Shown one piece after another: positions 8,893 through 18,059 of a DNA stretch of 64,000 nt; the first letter of the stretch is position 1, and the number at the start of each line of letters is the position of its first letter. The DNA is from Collinsella sp. GTDB taxonomy: Bacteria > Actinomycetota > Coriobacteriia > Coriobacteriales > Coriobacteriaceae. The stretch covers positions 16,450-80,449 of the forward strand of contig JAUMSH010000086.1 of assembly GCA_031292915.1 (NCBI GenBank). Direction: 5' to 3'. The position numbers and the translations under genes were made by a program. The notes under the pieces were generated by a model that did no database searches, was not told the DNA's origin, and saw only the letters and a list, made by a program, of their open reading frames with translations.

Positions 8893-10293
8893 TTACTTGT
8901 GGATCAGGCGGGCGCAGAAGTGGCCGTCGTAGGAGTCGGCGTTTATGGGGACGCTCTGGAAAAGCCCGCGGTCGTTTTGGCGCACGGAGACAAGCTTCTT
9001 GGCCTGCGCGAAATCGGGAAGCTGAAGAATCTGGGCTTCGGAGAGCGGCGCCACGGTAAAGCCGGCGCCCTCGGGAGAGGCCAGGAAGGCATCCACGACC
9101 TGCGTGTTCTCCTCATCAAAAACCGAGCAGGTGGCATAGATAAGCTCACCGCCGGCAGCCACGCGCGCAGCTGCCTCCTTGAGCATCGTCAGCTGCAGGC
9201 GGGGCAGCTCAGTTGTAACGTCCTTCTCGGTCAGACGCCACGGAATCTCAGGGTGGCGGCGCATGGTGCCGGTTCCAGAGCACGGCGCATCGATAAACAC
9301 GGTGTCGAATAGAGCGGACTCACCGAGCATGGCATCAAACGACGTGAGCACCTCATTGAGCTCGCAGGCATCGCCCGATACCGTACGAACACCTGAGATA
9401 CCCGCCTTATGCAGACGCGCGAGATTCTGATCACATTTACGATCATGCAGGTCGAGCGCGGTATGCTGACGCTCGTACCCAGCGCGCTTGGCCTGGCACA
9501 TCATCACATAGGTCTTGGTGCCGCGGCCGGCACCAATCTCCAGGCAACGACCGGGACGTGTAGCGGCAGTAGCGATAAGCTGAGCATTGAGGTCCGAGGC
9601 AACCGCGGCAGCACGCTCAAACACGCCCGACGCAACCGTGACCTGCGCATCAACCGGAGCATGGCAACCCGGGAACACGGGTGCCACAAGCTGCGAAATA
9701 TACGGGTCGGGTTTGGACGCAAACGCATTCTCGTGCAGAGCAAGCGGCGCAGGAGCCAGATTGCCGGCAAAGTTGAGCGCGCCCTCGGGCGTATCAAACG
9801 AGGCCATAATACGAGCGCACAGCCAGCGAGGAAGACCCATCAAACGCGAAAGGCGAACCAGGCGGCGCTCGGACTCATCAACGTCGGATGCCGTGGCAAA
9901 GTCCTCAACGTTGTCCGCAACCTTGTGCAACACCGCGTTAGCCAGGCCCGCGGCAGACTTAGCACCGCTGCGCACCAGCTCAACACCCTGACTTACGGCA
10001 ACGCGGCCCGGCGTATGCAGGTAGAGCATCTCGAAGGCCGAGATGCGAAGCGCCATGCGAACGCGCGGCGCGACCTTTTTAGGCTTATCCAAAAATTGAT
10101 CGAGCAACTCATCCAAAATGCCCTGCGTGGCGGCAACACCGAGCGCCAAACGCGCGGCAAAAGCGGAATCGCGCTGGTCAATGGCCTTGGCGGAAGCACG
10201 GGAAGACAACACGTCGCGTGCGTACATACCGCGGCGATCGGCCTCCATCAACACATCGAGCGCAAGCTTGCGCGCGGGAGACAACTTGCTCAT
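8893..10293 (-). CDS. rsmB: 16S rRNA (cytosine967-C5)-methyltransferase RsmB/Sun
   Basis: NusB-like N-domain plus FDTVFIDAPCSGTGTMRRHPE and IYATCS methyltransferase motifs. The ATG at 10293 overlaps the fmt TGA (ATGA). Confidence 0.9.
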   Translation of the reverse strand: MSKLSPARKLALDVLMEADRRGMYARDVLSSRASAKAIDQRDSAFAARLALGVAATQGILDELLDQFLDKPKKVAPRVRMALRISAFEMLYLHTPGRVAVSQGVELVRSGAKSAAGLANAVLHKVADNVEDFATASDVDESERRLVRLSRLMGLPRWLCARIMASFDTPEGALNFAGNLAPAPLALHENAFASKPDPYISQLVAPVFPGCHAPVDAQVTVASGVFERAAAVASDLNAQLIATAATRPGRCLEIGAGRGTKTYVMMCQAKRAGYERQHTALDLHDRKCDQNLARLHKAGISGVRTVSGDACELNEVLTSFDAMLGESALFDTVFIDAPCSGTGTMRRHPEIPWRLTEKDVTTELPRLQLTMLKEAAARVAAGGELIYATCSVFDEENTQVVDAFLASPEGAGFTVAPLSEAQILQLPDFAQAKKLVSVRQNDRGLFQSVPINADSYDGHFCARLIHK

Positions 10294-11210
10294 GACAGTA
10301 CACCCCACGTAAGGTCGACACCCTGCAGGCCGGCAGCCCAGGCAGAAGCAGCCATGGCACGCTTGCCATCAGGCTTAACCTCGAGCAGTTCAACCGCGCC
10401 ATCGGGAAGGCCCAAATAAACACGCTTGCTCTTGACGGCAACAGCGCCCTCGCCAAGCGACATATCGGCCGGCGCAGCATCGAGCACGCGAACCGACTTA
10501 CCGGCAATCACGCAACGGGCGGGAGCGGTGTCGGACGAGGCAAGCACATGGCGCACGCAATCGAGCGCCGCCATCTGCGGATCCAAACGCATCTCCTGCT
10601 TGGAAATCTTGGCAGCATGCGTGACGAGGGACTCATCCTGCTCGGTCCAAACAGCCGAGCCATCGGCAAGCGAGGGAAGCGTATCAGCAAGCAACCTACC
10701 GCCAAGCTCACCAAGCTCCATCGTGAGCGCCTCGGCATGCTTACCGGCAACCGACGTAGAGGCCTGCGCACAATAAGCGCCCGTATCCACGCCATGCCCA
10801 ATGCGCATAATGGAAACGCCAGCAACCTCATCACCAGCAAGAATGGCACGCTGAATGGGAGCAGCGCCACGCCAACGAGGCAGCAGCGAAGCATGAACAT
10901 TCACAATACCAAGCGGCGCCATATGCAGCACCTCATCAGGCAAAATGCAGCCATAGGCAGCCACACAGAAAATATCAGCCTGAGCAGCCTGGAGCGCCTC
11001 AACAACCTCAGGCGTCATACGATTGGCCTCAACAACGGACAACCCCAGCTCGAGCGCCTTGGCCTTAACAGGAGAAGGCTCAAGCTTCTTACCACGCCCA
11101 CGTACAGCATCAGGACGAGTAATAACAAGCGCAATCTCATTGCCAGCCGCAACAAGCGAAGTCAGCGAAGGCACAGCAAAATCAGGCGTACCCATAAACA
11201 CAATACGCAT
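10290..11210 (-). CDS. fmt: methionyl-tRNA formyltransferase
   Basis: MRIVFMGTPDFAVPSL and HASLLPRWRGAAPIQRAI are present, within the def-fmt-rsmB synteny. Confidence 0.95.
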   Translation of the reverse strand: MRIVFMGTPDFAVPSLTSLVAAGNEIALVITRPDAVRGRGKKLEPSPVKAKALELGLSVVEANRMTPEVVEALQAAQADIFCVAAYGCILPDEVLHMAPLGIVNVHASLLPRWRGAAPIQRAILAGDEVAGVSIMRIGHGVDTGAYCAQASTSVAGKHAEALTMELGELGGRLLADTLPSLADGSAVWTEQDESLVTHAAKISKQEMRLDPQMAALDCVRHVLASSDTAPARCVIAGKSVRVLDAAPADMSLGEGAVAVKSKRVYLGLPDGAVELLEVKPDGKRAMAASAWAAGLQGVDLTWGVLS

Positions 11211-11427
11211 AAAGAACGTCTCCCCTCAACCAAAGCCGAGACGGCTACAAATAACAGCGGAAAGCAAAGTACCCAGCCCATCCGCAATAACAATTCAACA
11301 AGAACAAATATACCCAAAACCAAAGAAAGAGCCGCAATAAAAGCAGCTCTTCCAACAAAGCATTTATCAGTGAAGACGCCCCTCCCTGGCCAGACGGCAC
11401 CCGGGCGAGACAAGCAGCGTCAACGTA

Positions 11428-11523
11428 GTCCCCGGGGCGCCCGCCTATATCGTCCCGCGCGCAGTTTCGCAGCGCAGCGAGAATGTTTGAGCACGGGATG
11501 ATATAGGCGGGCGCCCCGGGGAC
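11428..11523. repeat. 30-bp-stem inverted repeat immediately 3' of def
   Basis: GTCCCCGGGGCGCCCGCCTATATCGTCCCG (11428-11457) pairs with CGGGATGATATAGGCGGGCGCCCCGGGGAC (11494-11523) with one mismatch. The loop is 36 nt. Confidence 0.85.
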
Positions 11524-11531
11524 GGTGGGAC

Positions 11532-12068
11532 CTACTCCGTCTCGCCCGGTCGAGCGCCGCGGGCCAGGGCGTCCTGGTACTCCTTGACGGCCTTGATACG
11601 CTGCATCGGCTTGAGTCGCTCGAACATGGTATTGCCGTGCAGGTGATCTATCTCGTGCTGCAGGCACACGCAGAACAGATCGCCTGTGGCCTCGTAGCGA
11701 ATCAGGTTGGCATCCAGGTCGTACGCCTCGACAACAACATGATCGGGACGCTCGATCTCGCAGCTTATGCCAGGGATGGAAAGGCAGCCCTCGCTAAACG
11801 GCACCAGATGGTCGCTCTGCTCAACAATGACAGGGTTGATGAGCACGTACGGGTCATAGTCGTTCTTGTCGGTGTAATCGCAGTCGATGGTAACGAGCTG
11901 AATGAGCTCACCGATCTGCGGAGCGGCCAGGCCGCAACCGCCGTTGTCGAACATCATCTTCTTCATCTTCTCGGCAAGCGCCTCGATCGCCGGGGTGATC
12001 TCCTCGATGACGGCGCACTCCTGGCGCAGACGAGGGTCGGGCGACAGTACGATTCCGTTGGCTTCCAT
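11532..12068 (-). CDS. def: peptide deformylase
   Basis: GCGLAAPQIG, EGCLSIPG and QHEIDHLHG motifs. The ATG at 12068 has GAAAGGA at a workable spacing; 12074 is an alternative start. Confidence 0.94.
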   Translation of the reverse strand: MEANGIVLSPDPRLRQECAVIEEITPAIEALAEKMKKMMFDNGGCGLAAPQIGELIQLVTIDCDYTDKNDYDPYVLINPVIVEQSDHLVPFSEGCLSIPGISCEIERPDHVVVEAYDLDANLIRYEATGDLFCVCLQHEIDHLHGNTMFERLKPMQRIKAVKEYQDALARGARPGETE

Positions 12069-12086
12069 GGCCATCCTTTCGGGTTG

Positions 12087-14540
12087 TTACATCAAATCAT
12101 AGGCGTCGACGTCAACACTCACGCTCACGCCGCGCACGGAGCCCACCTCTTTGAGGCAGGCGTCGATATCATCAGAGACATGGTACCCTACCGGCGACTT
12201 TACAAGCAGATGGAAGCGGTATCGGTCCTTGGCTCTCTCGATTACACACGAAGCCGGACCAAGCACCTGGGGCACGGCGCTCCCCGCCCGCAAAAAGTCG
12301 GGCGCGGCGGCATGCCAGCGACGCTTGAGGAGCTTCGCGATGCGACCGATATAGTCCCGCGCGTCATCCGCGTTCGTCGACCATACCAAGATGTTGGCCA
12401 GGCGCACGAACGGCGGATACAGGGCGTCGCGGCGCTGGTCCAGGTCGTAGTCGGTAAAGATCGAACGGTCGTGCTCGGCGACGGCGCGGATGACCGGGTC
12501 CTCGGGCAGATAGGTCTGGATGATGACCTCGCCGGGGCGATCGCCGCGACCGGCGCGGCCCGCAACCTGCTCCAGCAGATCGTAGGCGCGCTCCCCTGCT
12601 CTAAAATCGGGAAGCTTGAGCGCAAAGTCGGCATTGACCACGCCCACGAGCGTGACCTCTGGAAAGTCGAGGCCCTTGGCGATCATCTGGGTGCCCAGCA
12701 ACACCGCGCAATCGGCGGCATCGAACTGTTCGAGCAGCTTTTTATGCGCGTCCTTGCCGCGCGTGGAATCGGCGTCCATGCGAATGATGGCGACGTCGTC
12801 GGGCAGCATCTGGTGCAGTGCGTCCTCGATCTGCTGCGTACCCAGGCCCATTTTTGCCAAGTAGCGGCTGCCGCACTTAGGACAACGACTCGTGGGCGCC
12901 GGATAGGGCTGCACGCGCCAGGACGATCCGCAGGTGTGACACTGCAGCGTGTGAGTGCGCTCGTGGTACGTGAGCGCGGTGGAGCAGTGATTGCAGGTGG
13001 GCACGCAGCCGCACTCGCGGCACATAAGGAACGGCGCAAAGCCGCGGCGGTTGTGCAGCAACACGGCCTTCTCGCGGCGCTCGACTACGCGCTCCAGGCC
13101 TTCCATCAGCGGTTTAGAGAACATGGAGCGGCTGCCGTGTGCGAACTCGCGGCGCAGGTCGGCAATGCGAACCGTAGGCAACACGGCGTGCCCCGGGCGC
13201 TCGGGCATCTCGACACGCGTCCAGGTGGCGCCGCCGTACGTGCCGCGGCGGCAGCGGTCGAGGGCCTCGGCCGAGGGCGTGGCGGAGCCCAACACGAGCG
13301 GGCACCGATAGCGACGCGCCATCTCGGCCGCCACCTCGCGCGCATGGTAGCGCGGACTGGAGCCCTGCTTGTAGCTGGTCTCGTGCTCCTCGTCGATGAT
13401 GATGAGACCCAAGTCGTTGAGCGGGCAAAAGAGCGCCGAGCGGGCGCCGACGACCACGCGGGCCGCACCGCTGGCGACCATATCCCACTGGTCCAGGCGC
13501 TCGCCGGCCGAAAGGCGCGAATGGAACACAGCGACCGTCTCGCCAAAGCGCGAGCGGAAGCGGCCAACAGTCTGGGCCGTCAGCGAGATCTCGGGCACCA
13601 GCACGCACGCTGAGCGGCCGGCCGCGAGCACGCGCTCGATGGCAGAGAGGTAGACCTCGGTTTTGCCGGAACCGGTGACGCCGTCCACGAGCACCACGTC
13701 GCCGTGAGCATCCAGGCGAGCGCGCTCAATCTGCGCGAGCGCCTGCTGCTGTCCGTTGGTGAGTGCCACCGGGGCCTTGCCGCTCGCCGAGGACAGTGTG
13801 GTCTGCTCGCTGCATCCACGCCAGGCGCGGCGCTCCTCCACCACCACGACGCCGCGTTTTTCGAGCGCCTTGATGGTCGCCGACATACTGTTGTAGAGCA
13901 GGTTAAGGTCACGCGTCGTGACCGGGCCACATTGGAGTGCCTCGATGAGCTGACGCTGACGGACCGCGGTCTTGGGCGGCGTGTAGTCAAAACCCTCGGG
14001 AGTGAGCATGACCCAGCGGTTTTGGATGGGTTTAACGGCGGGGCGCTCAACGGTCCACACGCCGTCCTCGCCCTTGACCACGCGCGGGCTTCCACCCGGG
14101 GGCAAGAAAAGGCGCAGGCACTCGGAAAGCGTTGCGACGTACTCGCGGCTCATCCAGCGCGCAATACGAGCGGCCTCGGCGGTAAAGAGCGGCTTGCTGA
14201 GGATAGCCTCGATAGGCTTGATGCGCACGGAATCGAGAGCGTCGCTGCCTTGCAAGTCGGCCAGCTCGGGCGCGATGTCGACAATGTAGCCCGCGGCCGC
14301 ACGGTTGCCAAAGCGGATCAGGACCGTCGATCCGACCTGCGCCTCGTTGGCAAGGGGCTGCGGAATGCCGTAGGCAAACGGCTCGGACAGCGCACGGGTC
14401 GGGATGTCGAGGACTACGCTCGCATAGGCGGCGACGGGCTCGGGTGCGGGCTCGGGCTGAGCCGGGGCGGCGGCAGGGGCCGCGGACTTCGGAGCTTCCT
14501 CCGGTTCCGGCGAACCAAACAGCGACAGTTGCTCGGCCAT
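12087..14540 (-). CDS. priA: primosomal protein N' (replication restart helicase PriA)
   Basis: Walker A GVTGSGKTEVY, IIIDEEHE, and the Cys-rich zinc region CRECGCVPTCNHCSTALTYH..CHTCG. Confidence 0.94.
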   Translation of the reverse strand: MAEQLSLFGSPEPEEAPKSAAPAAAPAQPEPAPEPVAAYASVVLDIPTRALSEPFAYGIPQPLANEAQVGSTVLIRFGNRAAAGYIVDIAPELADLQGSDALDSVRIKPIEAILSKPLFTAEAARIARWMSREYVATLSECLRLFLPPGGSPRVVKGEDGVWTVERPAVKPIQNRWVMLTPEGFDYTPPKTAVRQRQLIEALQCGPVTTRDLNLLYNSMSATIKALEKRGVVVVEERRAWRGCSEQTTLSSASGKAPVALTNGQQQALAQIERARLDAHGDVVLVDGVTGSGKTEVYLSAIERVLAAGRSACVLVPEISLTAQTVGRFRSRFGETVAVFHSRLSAGERLDQWDMVASGAARVVVGARSALFCPLNDLGLIIIDEEHETSYKQGSSPRYHAREVAAEMARRYRCPLVLGSATPSAEALDRCRRGTYGGATWTRVEMPERPGHAVLPTVRIADLRREFAHGSRSMFSKPLMEGLERVVERREKAVLLHNRRGFAPFLMCRECGCVPTCNHCSTALTYHERTHTLQCHTCGSSWRVQPYPAPTSRCPKCGSRYLAKMGLGTQQIEDALHQMLPDDVAIIRMDADSTRGKDAHKKLLEQFDAADCAVLLGTQMIAKGLDFPEVTLVGVVNADFALKLPDFRAGERAYDLLEQVAGRAGRGDRPGEVIIQTYLPEDPVIRAVAEHDRSIFTDYDLDQRRDALYPPFVRLANILVWSTNADDARDYIGRIAKLLKRRWHAAAPDFLRAGSAVPQVLGPASCVIERAKDRYRFHLLVKSPVGYHVSDDIDACLKEVGSVRGVSVSVDVDAYDLM

Positions 14541-14628
14541 GGCCCCAGCACCTCCTATCCCATACGTCTACAGAAACAAGAGCCCCGCTCGGGTGAACGG
14601 GGCTCGGATACATGCGTTTGCGCAGCTG

Positions 14629-16104
14629 CTACAGCGCCATCGCGCGGGCGCGGTCGATGCGCGCCAGGCAGTCGTCGCGACCGACGAGCGCCATGGTCTC
14701 GCCCAGCGGGGGGCTCACCATGTTGCCGCAGACGGCGACGCGCACGGCCTGGAACACCACGCGCTTCTTGAGGTCCATCTGCTCGGGCAGCGGCTCAAGC
14801 GCGGCGTCGATGTTGGCAGCCGTCCACTCTTCCACGCCCTCGAGCGCGGCCTTGGCGGCATCCAGAATGGCGCCCATGCCTTCCTTGGCCAGGCCCTTGT
14901 TGACAGACTTCTCGTCATACTCGAGCGTCTCGGCCGTAGCAAAGATGGGAGCGGCGACGGTCACGGCATCGGCCGGCATCTTGGTGCGCGGCTTGACGAT
15001 GGCGGCAAGCGCATCGATCCAATCCTCGCCGTACTCGACATTACCCTCGATGAGACCCGCCTCATGCAGCTCGGGGACCATGATCTCGTCGGCAAACTGA
15101 GCATCGGACATGCCGTTGATGTATTCGGCATTGACCCAGTCGAGCTTCTTGGGGTCGAAGGTCGCCGGGTTCTTGGAGATGCGGTCGAGCGAGAACTTGC
15201 TGGCCAGGACGTCGCGCGGGATGATCGTAGTCTCGCCGTCGAGCGACCAGCCGAGCAGCGCCAGATAGTTGACGAAGGCGTCGGACAGATAACCGGCGTC
15301 GCGGTACTCCTCCACCGAGGTGGCGCCGTGGCGCTTGGAGAGCTTTTTGCCGTCGGCACCCAAGATCATGGAGATGTGGGCGAACGTAGGCACGGGCGCG
15401 CCGAGGGCCTCGTAGACCATGACCTGGCGCGGGGTGTTGGACAGATGGTCGTCGCCGCGGATGACGTGGGTGATCTTCATCATGGCGTCGTCGACGACGG
15501 TCGCGAAGTTGTACGTGGGCGTGCCGTCGGAGCGGAAGATGACGAAGTCGTCGAGCTCCTTGGCATCGAAGGTCACCTCGCCGTGGACGGCGTCGTGGAT
15601 GACGACGTCGCCGCGGTCCTCGGGCACCTTGATACGCAGAACGTAGGGCTCGCCGGCCTCGATGCGACGACGGGCCTCCTCAGGATCAAGATCGCGGCAG
15701 CGGCGCTGATAGCCCTGGAAGGGATCCTTGCGCTCCTGGGCGGCCTTACGATCGGCGTCAAGCTGCTCCTTGGTGCAGAAGCAGGGATAGGCCTTGCCCT
15801 CGTCCCAGAGCTTCTGGGCGGCCTGCTTGTACAGGTCCAGACGCTCGGTCTGTGCGTAGGGGCCATAGTCGCCGCCCACCTCGGGACCCTCGTCCCAGTC
15901 CAGGCCCAGCCAACGCATGGCGCGCAGAATGATCTGCGTGTTCTCGTCGGTGGAACGGGTGGGGTCGGTGTCGTCGATGCGCAGGATGAACGTGCCGCCG
16001 TTTGCGCGGGCGAAAGCCCAGTTATAGATAGCGGTGCGGGCGCCGCCGATGTGCAGCTTGCCCGTCGGTGAGGGTGCAAAGCGGACGCGAACGTCTGATG
16101 CCAT
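14629..16104 (-). CDS. gltX: glutamate--tRNA ligase
   Basis: PSPTGKLHIGGARTA (HIGH) and KLSKRHG (KMSKS). GAGGAG lies 7 nt before the ATG at 16104. The track start at 16194 adds 30 implausible codons. Confidence 0.94.
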   Translation of the reverse strand: MASDVRVRFAPSPTGKLHIGGARTAIYNWAFARANGGTFILRIDDTDPTRSTDENTQIILRAMRWLGLDWDEGPEVGGDYGPYAQTERLDLYKQAAQKLWDEGKAYPCFCTKEQLDADRKAAQERKDPFQGYQRRCRDLDPEEARRRIEAGEPYVLRIKVPEDRGDVVIHDAVHGEVTFDAKELDDFVIFRSDGTPTYNFATVVDDAMMKITHVIRGDDHLSNTPRQVMVYEALGAPVPTFAHISMILGADGKKLSKRHGATSVEEYRDAGYLSDAFVNYLALLGWSLDGETTIIPRDVLASKFSLDRISKNPATFDPKKLDWVNAEYINGMSDAQFADEIMVPELHEAGLIEGNVEYGEDWIDALAAIVKPRTKMPADAVTVAAPIFATAETLEYDEKSVNKGLAKEGMGAILDAAKAALEGVEEWTAANIDAALEPLPEQMDLKKRVVFQAVRVAVCGNMVSPPLGETMALVGRDDCLARIDRARAMAL

Positions 16105-16188
16105 GGAAATCTCCTCGATTGCAGGATGGATGTCTAACCGCATCAGTATAAAGCAACAAAGCGACCTCCGCACAAAGGGCACCGACCC

Positions 16189-16327
16189 ACTCATTGGGGA
16201 CAGACTTAAATGCCAGTCATTGGGGACGTTCTTAAACGACTAGTCGTTGGGGGCGCTCTTCGAAGTTGTCTGAAGGGTGTCCCAAGTGCCGCCTAAGGCT
16301 GGTCATTTAAGTATGTCCCCAATGAGT
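16189..16327. repeat. three copies of a 22-nt motif (two direct, one inverted) in the gltX/metK divergent region
   Basis: TCATTGGGGACAGACTTAAATG (16191-16212), TCATTGGGGACGTTCTTAAACG (16217-16238), and the reverse complement of 16304-16325 = TCATTGGGGACATACTTAAATG. Confidence 0.85.
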
Positions 16328-16436
16328 AGGTGCGGAAAGGGTGTGAATGTTGGATTTACGCGATATGATGTGCCCTTGCATATAGAGCTCGGCGGAATGG
16401 TAACGGTCGCCGGGACACGTTTTTGAAAGGACAATC

Positions 16437-17717
16437 ATGTCAGAAGAACTTCGTTCCATCCCGCCCCAACACGGGTCCTTTGTATTTACGTCGGAGTCGG
16501 TGACCGAAGGTCATCCCGATAAGATCGCTGACCAGATCAGCGACGCCGTCCTCGACGCAATCCTCGCTAAAGAAATAGAGCTGCAGGAGCAGGGCTACAT
16601 TGCACCCAACGGCGTACCCGCCAACGTTGAGAACGTCCGCTGCGCCTGCGAGACCCTCGTGACCACCGGCACCGTCATCGTTGCCGGCGAGATCCGCACC
16701 CAGGCCTACGTCGACGTGCAGGAGATTGCCCGTGGCGTTATCCGCCGCATAGGCTACAACCGCGCAAAGTTCGGTTTTGACTGCGATACCTGCGGCGTTA
16801 TGAGCCTCATCCACGAGCAGTCGCCCGATATCGCCCAGGGCGTCGATGAGTCCTTCGAGACCCAGACCGGCGCCACCACCGACCCGATCGACCTGATCGG
16901 CGCCGGCGACCAGGGCATGATGTTTGGCTATGCCTCCAACGAGACCAAGACCCTCATGCCCATGCCGCACTACCTGGCGAGCCGCCTGGCCGAGCGCCTG
17001 GCCGCCGTGCGCCACGACGGCACCCTGTCCTACCTGCGCCCCGACGGCAAGACCCAGGTCACGGTGCGCTACGAGGACGGCAAGCCCGTCGAGGTCACGA
17101 CCATCGTCATCTCCACGCAGCACGCCGCCGAGATCGAGGACATGGGCAAGATCAAGGACAACCTCATCGAGCACGTAATCACCCCCGTCATGGCTGCCGA
17201 GAACATGCCGTGGGACAACGCCGACATCTATGTGAACCCCACCGGTCGCTTTGTCGTGGGCGGCCCCATGGGCGACACGGGCCTCACCGGCCGTAAGATC
17301 ATCGTCGACACCTACGGCGGTTACGGCCGTCACGGCGGCGGCGCCTTTAGCGGCAAGGACTGCACCAAGGTCGACCGTTCCGCCGCGTATGCCGCGCGCT
17401 GGGTCGCCAAGAACGTGGTGGCCGCCGGCCTAGCCGACCGCTGCGAGGTCGAGCTGGCCTACGCTATCGGCGTGTCCAAGCCGCTGTCGATTATGGTCGA
17501 CACCTTCGGTACCGCGCATGTTGCCGAGGACAAGATCGTCGAGGCCGTCGAGAAGACCTTCGACCTGCGCCCGGGCGCGATCATCCGCGACCTGGACCTG
17601 CGTCGACCGATCTACGAGAAGACGGCAGCCTACGGCCACTTCGGCCGCGAAGACGCCGACTTCACCTGGGAGAAGACCGACCGAGTCAAAGAACTCAAAG
17701 CAGCCTGCGGCCTGTAA
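16437..17717 (+). CDS. metK: S-adenosylmethionine synthase
   Basis: [12 protein letters not shown] and [12 protein letters not shown] motifs. GAAAGGA precedes the ATG. Confidence 0.96.
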   Translation: MSEELRSIPPQHGSFVFTSESVTEGHPDKIADQISDAVLDAILAKEIELQEQGYIAPNGVPANVENVRCACETLVTTGTVIVAGEIRTQAYVDVQEIARGVIRRIGYNRAKFGFDCDTCGVMSLIHEQSPDIAQGVDESFETQTGATTDPIDLIGAGDQGMMFGYASNETKTLMPMPHYLASRLAERLAAVRHDGTLSYLRPDGKTQVTVRYEDGKPVEVTTIVISTQHAAEIEDMGKIKDNLIEHVITPVMAAENMPWDNADIYVNPTGRFVVGGPMGDTGLTGRKIIVDTYGGYGRHGGGAFSGKDCTKVDRSAAYAARWVAKNVVAAGLADRCEVELAYAIGVSKPLSIMVDTFGTAHVAEDKIVEAVEKTFDLRPGAIIRDLDLRRPIYEKTAAYGHFGREDADFTWEKTDRVKELKAACGL

Positions 17718-17761
17718 GCTAACAATAAAAGCCACAGCCAAATAAAAACGCACCAATAAGA

Positions 17762-17789
17762 GGTACCGGAACAACCGGTACTTCTTTTT
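17762..17789 (+). terminator. rho-independent terminator after metK
   Basis: GGTACCGG (17762-17769) pairs with CCGGTAC (17775-17781), followed by TTCTTTTT. Confidence 0.8.
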
Positions 17790-17884
17790 AATTTAAAGGC
17801 GGTTAAGATGAGCCTACCTGGGACATGGAATAAATCACAGGCCGATAAATTTTGCAGCAGAGCGACTCCAACCATGTATCCTAA

Positions 17885-18005
17885 GTTCCGAGGGCTTTAG
17901 TATTTGGTCGATCGCGAGTTCCGCACGAGCCGGAGGCCACTTAATGTGGCCTCCGTGCGAGCAGGACTGCCCGAGCAGGCGACCAAATACTAAAGCCCTC
18001 GGAAC
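17885..18005 (+). other. structured element A: perfect 26-bp outer inverted repeat enclosing a 69-nt conserved core (second copy at 57252-57405)
   Basis: The outer arms are 17885-17910 and 17980-18005, which are exact reverse complements. The core (17911-17979) is ATCGCGAGTTCCGCACGAGCC-[GGAGGCCAC TTAAT GTGGCCTCC]-GTGCGAGCAGGACTGCCCGAGCAGG. Confidence 0.85.
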
Positions 18006-18059
18006 GGCGGGAAGAGTATGCCCCGCCAATCGGGACGACGGGATAGAACAGGAGCGCAT

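Noticed and set aside
11162-11413. 83-codon hydrophobic ORF in the def-fmt spacer (possible small membrane protein)
   Set aside because: The hydrophobicity follows from the T-rich strand. The ORF runs 49 nt into fmt in another frame and has no RBS. It is kept only as a remote possibility under the def-fmt finding.
11637-13613. 658-codon plus-strand ORF opposite def/priA
   Set aside because: It is antisense to two genes with clear catalytic motifs. It has a low-complexity R/G/A/H composition and no RBS context.
14539-16071. 510-codon plus-strand ORF opposite gltX
   Set aside because: It is antisense to gltX (HIGH/KMSKS present on the other strand) and has no motifs.
16340-16436. SAM riboswitch upstream of metK or T-box upstream of gltX
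   Set aside because: The metK leader is under 100 nt and lacks SAM-I/II/IV core strings that I can recognise. No specifier/T-box sequence is seen on the gltX side.
17885-18005. Retron msr/msd, integron attC, or invertible-promoter (inverton) interpretation of elements A and B
   Set aside because: No reverse transcriptase, integrase or invertase gene lies nearby. In attC sites, invertons and MITEs the conserved parts are the terminal repeats, whereas here the termini are unique and the interior is conserved. No promoter-like hexamers are present in the core.
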